From NCBI GenBank assembly GCA_039630415.1, contig JBCNVB010000010.1:1-13362 (forward strand): a stretch of DNA of 13,362 bases, given 5' to 3'. The position numbers were made by a program, and so were the translations under genes. The notes under the pieces were generated by a model. The model was not told where the DNA came from. It searched no databases and was given only the letters and a program-made list of their open reading frames with translations. Positions within the stretch are counted from its first letter, which is position 1. Each line of letters starts with the position of its first letter. The stretch is from a bacterium (GTDB taxonomy: Bacteria > DRYD01). Shown piece by piece: positions 1 to 6,143 of this stretch.

Positions 1-189
1 GAGGAAAGCTAGAATAAAGATTAGAGCTATTAAGGAAGCTAAGGTTATTTCTAGTATAATGAATCCTTTAATAGTGTTTGTATGTCGAGGTGGCCGGACT
101 CGAACCGGCGACCTCAGGCCCCCCATGCCTGCGCTCTTACCAAACTGAGCTACACCCCGACTTGCCCCTCCTATTCTATCTTCTCCCAT
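1..189 (-). CDS. Putative type IV prepilin/pseudopilin-like protein, 5' part only (runs off the left edge); the leader is encoded across the tRNA-Pro gene
   Basis: Manual minus-strand translation from ATG 189: MGEDRIGGASRGVAQFGKSAGMGGLRSPVRVRPPRHTNTIKG|FIILEITLASLIALIFILAFL, 63 codons with no stop. It has a class III signal motif: K-G|F, Glu at +5, then a hydrophobic stretch. An in-frame TGA at 213-211 bounds it upstream, and a purine-rich RBS-like tract (AAGGG, 200-196) lies 6 nt before the ATG. A second in-frame ATG is at 126. It is missing from the ORF track, probably because the stop is outside the window. Start position uncertain. Confidence 0.6.
   Translation of the reverse strand, partial: MGEDRIGGASRGVAQFGKSAGMGGLRSPVRVRPPRHTNTIKGFIILEITLASLIALIFILAFL
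85..159 (-). tRNA. tRNA-Pro (anticodon GGG), CCA not encoded
   Basis: The reverse complement folds as a cloverleaf: CGGGGTG TA GCTC AGTTTGGTAA GAGC G CAGGC ATGGGGG GCCTG AGGTC GCCGG TTCGAGT CCGGC CACCTCG A. C1-G72 and A73 are typical of bacterial tRNA-Pro. It is followed by CATA rather than CCA. Confidence 0.97.
173..178 (-). promoter_or_regulatory. Possible -10 element (TAGAAT) for the tRNA-Pro gene
   Basis: TAGAAT (5/6 match to TATAAT) ends 13 nt upstream of the tRNA 5' end. No good -35 at 17 bp spacing. Confidence 0.3.
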
Positions 190-224
190 CTTATACCCTT
201 TCCCTCCCTTTCAAATAATAACTT

Positions 225-1640
225 CTATTCTAACTTAATAACAAAAGTTCTAAAAATACCTCCACTCCCAAAAGTTACTCCAGTTAGATAAATAAAATTA
301 TTCATATCAATGAATAAAGAACGTCCTTGGTCAGCATTACCAGTTAAACTATCAAAAACCAATATCCCGTCATTAAAAAAACTGTTATCTAGCGTTCCAT
401 CAGGATTTAATCTCATCAACACCAAACTTATACGATTATTAACAACACTAATCCCAGTTACATAAATCCTATTATTGTTATCAATAGAGATTGATCTTGC
501 TATATCCTCTCTATTTCCAGCCTCAATATCAAAAATAGCAATTCCATTATTTCCAAAATTTGCATCAAAACTTCCATCGTAGTTCAATCTAATTACAACC
601 CATTTAGATTCAGTTCCCCACCACATAGAAGTACCTGCTATGTATACTTTACTGTTATTGTCAGGGTAGATAGATAAAGCATGATTGTAATATAGCGGAT
701 CAGGTACAATATTTGAAATTATTAAGATACCATCTCCAGAAAAGGTATTATCAAAACTACCATTATTGTTTAACCTTACAACAAGCATTTGCCAGGTACT
801 ACTTATATCAATATCTCCACAAGCATATATTTTATCATTTTTTAAAGCTATAGAGCGAATATAAGAATTGTATGATGAATATGGAGAAATATTAAGTCTT
901 ACTATACCTGAATCTCCAAAGTTATTATCGTAAGTTCCATCATAATTTAATCTGAGAATTGCCATTTTGGCCCAACTCCAACCGCCAACATAAATCTTAT
1001 TGTTATTTACCACAATGGAGTTACCAACATCCCAATCATCTACATTATTGTTGTAAGTATTTATCATTTCACCAATAAATATTCCATCCGTATTAAAAGA
1101 ATTATCTAAATTTCCATATTCATCCAGCCTTAGAACTATTAAATCAGGATTTTCAACTCCAGGTATATAACTGTATCCAGTGATATAAGTTTTGTTATTA
1201 TCATCTACATAAATAGCAAAACCTAAATCTCCGGAATTTTGACCAATAATGTTATCAAAAACAGCAACTCCATCCCCTGAAAAACTGTTATCATATGTAC
1301 CATCACTGTTAAACCTAAAAACCATAAGATCATACATATTATTCAAAAATCTTGTTCCTACTAGGTATACTTTATTGTTTTTAACATATATAGAACTTTC
1401 TGTACCCATATCATCCTCAACAAATACATTATCGATAAGAATATACGAGTCATTATCACCATCTAGGTCTATATCTCTTTGTTGGTCAGGGCCAAAGTTA
1501 TCAGATACTTCATTTACAGTAGTGTTTTCTATTGTATTTTGTGTTAAGCATATTAAACTCCTGTATTTGCATGAATATAGAAATACTATTTTTATAAACA
1601 AAAGTACGAATATGGAAACTATAATTAAAGTTCTAAACAT
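225..1640 (-). CDS. Secreted or membrane-anchored delta-60 repeat (DUF5122-type) beta-propeller protein
   Basis: Six copies of the R[LF]NxDGxxDxxFxxxG motif (RFNSDGTYDNSFSGDG, RLDEYGNLDNSFNTDG, RLNYDGTYDNNFGDSG, RLNNNGSFDNTFSGDG, RLNYDGSFDANFGNNG, RLNPDGTLDNSFFNDG), each preceded by a [KR][IVT]Y-x-x-G strand. Hydrophobic N-terminus. RBS-like GAAGGGAAG before the ATG. Confidence 0.85.
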   Translation of the reverse strand: MFRTLIIVSIFVLLFIKIVFLYSCKYRSLICLTQNTIENTTVNEVSDNFGPDQQRDIDLDGDNDSYILIDNVFVEDDMGTESSIYVKNNKVYLVGTRFLNNMYDLMVFRFNSDGTYDNSFSGDGVAVFDNIIGQNSGDLGFAIYVDDNNKTYITGYSYIPGVENPDLIVLRLDEYGNLDNSFNTDGIFIGEMINTYNNNVDDWDVGNSIVVNNNKIYVGGWSWAKMAILRLNYDGTYDNNFGDSGIVRLNISPYSSYNSYIRSIALKNDKIYACGDIDISSTWQMLVVRLNNNGSFDNTFSGDGILIISNIVPDPLYYNHALSIYPDNNSKVYIAGTSMWWGTESKWVVIRLNYDGSFDANFGNNGIAIFDIEAGNREDIARSISIDNNNRIYVTGISVVNNRISLVLMRLNPDGTLDNSFFNDGILVFDSLTGNADQGRSLFIDMNNFIYLTGVTFGSGGIFRTFVIKLE

Positions 1641-1750
1641 AACTTCCCTTCTAATATATCTTTCTTCTATTACCTATCTTTTCCCTTACTCTACGCCCTT
1701 GTAATACCAAAAGGGTAATCAGAACATAAATAAAATTATTAATCTTAGAA

Positions 1751-1757
1751 AGGAGGT
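1751..1757 (+). promoter_or_regulatory. Shine-Dalgarno site of the HD-domain gene
   Basis: AGGAGGT, then an A8 spacer, then the TTG start at 1766. Confidence 0.8.
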
Positions 1758-1765
1758 AAAAAAAA

Positions 1766-2446
1766 TTGACCTATTTGAAGCAAGTTCTTTATGAGCTTGA
1801 GAGAAATCCAAAAGTTTTGTTTACTTTGCAAAAAGCTAATTCCAATTTAAAGGCATGGGGTTATACAGAGCACGGAATAAGGCATGCTAAAATAACATCA
1901 CAAAGAGCTATATATATTCTCCAGAAACTATCCTACCCCGAAGAAGAAGTATACCTTGCAGGTATAGCAGGTTTCCTACATGATATAGGAAACGTAATAT
2001 CAAGATCAAACCACGAAATTAGTGGTGCACTCCTAGCTATGGAAATCCTTAAGGAAATGAACGTAAAGTATGAAGATATTATAAGAGTAATGTCTGCAAT
2101 AGGGTCACATGAAGATAATAGCTTCCTTGATATACCAGATAGTATAGCAGCTTCATTAGTAATAGCAGATAAAAGTGATGTACACAGAAGCAGAGTGCAA
2201 AACACAGATATCAAATCTTTTGACATACATGATAGAGTCAACTATGCAGTAGAAAAAGATGTACTAATCATCAACAAAAATCACAATAAAAACGATATTA
2301 TCCTTGATCTAACAATCAACACAAACTATTCATCAATAATAGAATACTTTGAAATTTTTCTTCACAGGATGAAAATGTGCAAAAGGAGTGCAGAGATAAT
2401 CTCTTCGGAATTCCACTTAATTATCAACGGCCAGAGAATGGCATAG
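1766..2446 (+). CDS. HD-domain metal-dependent phosphohydrolase
   Basis: Motifs TEHGIRH, GFLHDIGN, AIGSHE and IADKSD give the H...HD...H...D signature. TTG start with a strong SD. Confidence 0.88.
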   Translation: MTYLKQVLYELERNPKVLFTLQKANSNLKAWGYTEHGIRHAKITSQRAIYILQKLSYPEEEVYLAGIAGFLHDIGNVISRSNHEISGALLAMEILKEMNVKYEDIIRVMSAIGSHEDNSFLDIPDSIAASLVIADKSDVHRSRVQNTDIKSFDIHDRVNYAVEKDVLIINKNHNKNDIILDLTINTNYSSIIEYFEIFLHRMKMCKRSAEIISSEFHLIINGQRMA

Positions 2447-2458
2447 GGAGGGATAAAG

Positions 2459-2791
2459 TTGGAAAACTGCATCTTCTGTAAAATTGTTAAAAAAGAAATA
2501 CCTTCAGAAATAATATATGAAGACGAAAGTACCATAGTTTTTAAGGATATAAACCCCCAAGCACCTATTCACTGGTTAGTAGTACCCAAAAAACATATAC
2601 CCACTCATATGGAAATAACACCCCAAGACAAAGAATTAATGGGACACCTACATCTAGTTACACAAAAAATAACCCAACAAAATAATATAAACCACTATAA
2701 ACTCGTTATGAACTGTGGGTATGAAGCTGGTCAAAGAGTATTTCATATTCATCTTCATATCTTGTCTGGTAAAAAACAAGGAGAAGTATAA
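2459..2791 (+). CDS. hinT: Histidine triad (HIT) nucleotide-binding protein, HinT/PKCI-like
   Basis: N-terminal CIFCKI, FKDINPQAPIH, and GQRVFHIHLHIL (HxHxH triad). TTG start after GGAGGG. Confidence 0.93.
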   Translation: MENCIFCKIVKKEIPSEIIYEDESTIVFKDINPQAPIHWLVVPKKHIPTHMEITPQDKELMGHLHLVTQKITQQNNINHYKLVMNCGYEAGQRVFHIHLHILSGKKQGEV

Positions 2792-4122
2792 TGTCTTCAC
2801 AAAACATAAAGAACTACCTCAAGGTTTTAGAATTATACGATCTTACTCCCCAGTTTGAAACTATTTTAGTTACAGGAACAGCAGGGAAAAGTACTACCTG
2901 CCACTACTTATCCCTACTACTTAATAAACTAGCACCCAATATATCAATAGGTCTCTTTTCTAAACCACATATTAAAACACTTAACGAAAGATTCAGAATT
3001 AACTACAAACCAATACCACAAAATCTACTTGAATACTATCAAAATCAAGTGGAGAAAATAAACAGTAAATATAATCTAAACCTGAATTGGTTTGATAAAT
3101 TAGTAGCAGTAGCGATAAACTATTTTATCGATCAAAAAGTAGACTTATCTATTTTTGAGATAGGAATTGGTGGTTTAAATGATTCTACTAATGCACTCAA
3201 ATCAGATCTAAACATTATAACCAACGTATCTTTAGAACATACAGATATACTTGGTAAAACCATAAGGGAAATAGCTACTCAAAAAGCAGGTATAATAAAA
3301 AATCAATCTATAGTCATAACCAATGCAACTAAAGGTTCAAAAGTAATAAAGCAAAAATGTAAAGAAACTAATTCAGAATTGCTTCAACTAAAAGATCATA
3401 TCAAAATAATTCCTTTAGGTTGTAAATTCCCGTTCTACACTTACAAGTTAAAAATTTTACCTTTACAGACTGAACAAATATTGTCATTTAACTCTTACTA
3501 CTTAGTAGAAAATTTTAGCATAGCTTTGCTTGCAGCTATTAAGTACCTAGAATCCAAAAAAATACCCTTCAAAATAGATTCACTTCAATCAGTAATTGAT
3601 AACCTTCAACTACCTCTTAAAAATCAAGTGTTGATATATAGAGACAAAACTCTACTCCTAGACACAGCTAAAGATTTCCTATCCCTAATGAAACTCTTTA
3701 AACATACCCTAAAACATTGGAGTAATTTCGAGGTAATTCTTGCTTTTTCAAAAGGGAAAGAACCAAGATTAATAACAAAACTACTAGAGTTTCTACTACA
3801 AAATGGTATTAGAGTGTACCTTTCTGAACATAACATAGAACCCAAAAAACTACCAACCGAGCAAGTTCTAACCTACTTTAAAAAACATTTCTTAAAAAAG
3901 AATCCCGAAAAAAACATAGAGTTAGCTTTTAACAATATAATACCGCTAGGTCCAATAAAAAATATAGAAAATCTAGACCAAGTGTTATATCGAGCCAAAT
4001 CTGATAAAATTTTAATAACAGGCTCACTATACTTTACCAGTGAGATATATAACATGGTGGAAAGTGAGTTGGAAAGGCAAAATGAAGAAAGGCTTATTAT
4101 TTGGAACAGCAGGGATACCTAA
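2791..4122 (+). CDS. folC: FolC-like folylpolyglutamate/dihydrofolate synthase (Mur-ligase fold), divergent
   Basis: P-loop VTGTAGKST, SKPH..ERFRIN, FEIGIGGLNDSTN, SLEHTDILG, QKAGIIK and C-terminal ITGSLYF. The start overlaps the HIT stop (TAATG). Confidence 0.8.
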   Translation: MSSQNIKNYLKVLELYDLTPQFETILVTGTAGKSTTCHYLSLLLNKLAPNISIGLFSKPHIKTLNERFRINYKPIPQNLLEYYQNQVEKINSKYNLNLNWFDKLVAVAINYFIDQKVDLSIFEIGIGGLNDSTNALKSDLNIITNVSLEHTDILGKTIREIATQKAGIIKNQSIVITNATKGSKVIKQKCKETNSELLQLKDHIKIIPLGCKFPFYTYKLKILPLQTEQILSFNSYYLVENFSIALLAAIKYLESKKIPFKIDSLQSVIDNLQLPLKNQVLIYRDKTLLLDTAKDFLSLMKLFKHTLKHWSNFEVILAFSKGKEPRLITKLLEFLLQNGIRVYLSEHNIEPKKLPTEQVLTYFKKHFLKKNPEKNIELAFNNIIPLGPIKNIENLDQVLYRAKSDKILITGSLYFTSEIYNMVESELERQNEERLIIWNSRDT

Positions 4123-4906
4123 TAGCTCTAAAAAAGATACATTTTCCGGAATATCCAGATTAAGAGAGCTAAACTTAGATGCGATGGAACTAGAATTCGT
4201 TCATGGAGTTAACATATCCTATGTAAATGCTCAAAAAATAAACATGTTCTCTCAAAAAAATAACATACATTTATCCTGCCATGCACCATACTATATAAAT
4301 CTCAATTCCTTAGATCAGGAAAAAATTGAAGCTAGCATACACAGGATAATTAAAACAGCAGAAATTTCACATGTATGCGGAGCAAAAAATATAGTCGTTC
4401 ACCCCGGCTACTACCATAATATGGATAAACTACAAGTATACAACAATATAAAAAAGTCATTGGAAAAAGTACTAGACGAAATAAAAGATCTTAACATAGT
4501 GATTAGAATAGAAACAATGGGAAAGTTAAGTCAATTCGGTTCACTTGAAGAAGTTCTAAACTTATGTCAAGACTTAGGGCCACAAATAATGCCCTGTATA
4601 GATTTTGCTCACCTACACGCTAGAAATATAGGGAAAATAAATACTTACCAAGAGTTTTGTAAAGTATTAGATGACGTACAACATAAGCTTGGTAAAAAAG
4701 CTCTTAAAGACCTACATATACACGTTTCCGGAATAAAATATTCCGATAAAGGAGAACTACATCATCTCAACCTAAAAGAATCCGATTTTAATTACATTGA
4801 TCTAATCAAAGCACTAAAAGATTTAGAAGTAGAGGGTATGTTGATTTGTGAAAGTCCAAATCTTGAAGAAGACTGTATGATGCTAAAACAACTATACCTA
4901 AATTAA
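4082..4906 (+). CDS. nfo: Endonuclease IV-like TIM-barrel AP endonuclease (archaeal-type Nfo family)
   Basis: Motifs FGTAGIP, ELEFVHGV, HAPYYINL, VHPGYY, IETMGK..QFG, IDFAHLH, HIHVSGI, GELHHL and ICESP. The ATG at 4082 (MKKGLLFG, preceded by GAAAGG) is preferred over the ORF-track start at 4040. Overlaps the folC end by 41 nt. Confidence 0.85.
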   Translation: MKKGLLFGTAGIPNSSKKDTFSGISRLRELNLDAMELEFVHGVNISYVNAQKINMFSQKNNIHLSCHAPYYINLNSLDQEKIEASIHRIIKTAEISHVCGAKNIVVHPGYYHNMDKLQVYNNIKKSLEKVLDEIKDLNIVIRIETMGKLSQFGSLEEVLNLCQDLGPQIMPCIDFAHLHARNIGKINTYQEFCKVLDDVQHKLGKKALKDLHIHVSGIKYSDKGELHHLNLKESDFNYIDLIKALKDLEVEGMLICESPNLEEDCMMLKQLYLN

Positions 4907-4914
4907 CTATCGTC

Positions 4915-6117
4915 TTACTGGTTATTACTGTAGTAAATTTTGCTTATCTGCCTCAAAGCAAACGGTGCTATAAAAGTGGTTATTAGAACTACAAAAATAA
5001 TCACAGCGTAAAGAAGATCATTAAATATTTTAGCTTGTCTACCAAATTCAGCAAAAATAAGTCCAACTTCACCTCTAGGTAGCATGGAAAAACCTATCAT
5101 TAGTTTCTCCCTAAAACTGACATTAACAAAAAATCCAGCTATTACTTTAGATACAATAGCGACTAATCCTATAACAAAAGACAAAACCCAAAATTCATAT
5201 GATCCAAAATTAATAGCTTTCAAGTTTACCTGCAGCCCAATGAAAACGAAAAAAACAGGAGTAAATAGCCAGATTAGAGGAAGTATAGAGTGTTCCACTT
5301 TTTCAGCTGTTTGTTTTTTAGTTGACAGAAACTTTAAGTAAGGTATGTTAAATCCCCTAGATAAAGCTAGTCCAACAATAAATGCTCCTAATATTTCAGG
5401 TGATCCAAACTTGTAGGCAAGAAAAGAAAATATAAACACGACGGAGATAACAGCTGCAGGAATGAAATCCAAGTTTTCTAACTTTTCAGACAATACCTCT
5501 ACGAACTTAGTCATGATTTGTGCTACCAGTGGAGCTAAAATAAAGAAAGTAAGTATGTATCCAACCAGGGTGGCTATTGCATCCACTTGAAAGCTAAGTC
5601 TACTAGACAATTGAGCGAGTGCTGCAAGAGCTATTACACCAAAAATATCATCTATAACAGCTGCACCCAAAACAACCTGTGCAAAATTATCTTTCATCCT
5701 TCCCAAATCCTTTAAAACTCTTACTGTTATTCCTATGCTAGTTGCCGCTAATGTACCACCAATAAACAGAGAAGTTATTGTATTCATTCCCAATAGCCAA
5801 TGACATATAGGGAAAGAAAGGATTATGGGCATAATTGCTCCTACAGTTGCTACTATCAAAGCGTTAACACCTACCATCCTGAGTTGTTTAATATTAGCCT
5901 CCATTCCTACCTGAAACAGTAGCAAAACCACTCCTATTTCTGCAAGTATTTTGATTACTTCATTGGGTTTAACTAAACCCAGAACACTTTGGCCCAGTAT
6001 TACTCCAACCAGTATTTCACCAATAACGGATGGGTATCCAAATCTAGCTAGAGTATCTCCTATAACTCTAGCTAACAAAACTATTAATCCCAGATATAGA
6101 AATATGCTGTGATCCAT
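4915..6117 (-). CDS. CPA2-family cation:proton antiporter (NapA-like Na+/H+ antiporter)
   Basis: About 12-13 hydrophobic segments. Motifs AATSIGIT, GAAVIDD (DD pair), ILGAF, PVFFV, a Lys in AIVSKV, and MLPRGEVGL. Confidence 0.9.
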   Translation of the reverse strand: MDHSIFLYLGLIVLLARVIGDTLARFGYPSVIGEILVGVILGQSVLGLVKPNEVIKILAEIGVVLLLFQVGMEANIKQLRMVGVNALIVATVGAIMPIILSFPICHWLLGMNTITSLFIGGTLAATSIGITVRVLKDLGRMKDNFAQVVLGAAVIDDIFGVIALAALAQLSSRLSFQVDAIATLVGYILTFFILAPLVAQIMTKFVEVLSEKLENLDFIPAAVISVVFIFSFLAYKFGSPEILGAFIVGLALSRGFNIPYLKFLSTKKQTAEKVEHSILPLIWLFTPVFFVFIGLQVNLKAINFGSYEFWVLSFVIGLVAIVSKVIAGFFVNVSFREKLMIGFSMLPRGEVGLIFAEFGRQAKIFNDLLYAVIIFVVLITTFIAPFALRQISKIYYSNNQ

Positions 6118-6143
6118 AGCAAAGATGAATTAGTAATTTAATT

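Noticed and set aside
85-225. tRNA-Pro as an att site of an integrated element
   Set aside because: No integrase and no duplicated tRNA 3' end were seen in the window. Sequence to the left cannot be assessed.
82-291. 69-aa plus-strand ORF (MSRWPDSNRRP...)
   Set aside because: It is the antisense reading of the tRNA and of the end of the delta-60 gene, a typical tRNA shadow ORF.
330-1330. Periodic repeats in the delta-60 gene as a CRISPR array or DNA tandem repeat
   Set aside because: The repeats are degenerate at DNA level, conserved only as protein motifs, and lie within one open frame.
1696-1715. Inverted repeat CCCTT-N10-AAGGG in the divergent intergenic region
   Set aside because: Only 5-bp arms, with no U-tract or recognisable operator, so it is compatible with chance.
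1758-1765. A8 tract between SD and TTG, and A/T8 runs at 7395-7402 and 7739-7746, as phase-variation sites
   Set aside because: Runs of 8 are expected in DNA this AT-rich, and all the affected frames are intact.
4040-4081. ORF-track N-terminal extensions of nfo (4040), gap (7163) and ferredoxin (10614)
   Set aside because: Downstream ATGs have better-placed SD sequences and match the family N-termini.
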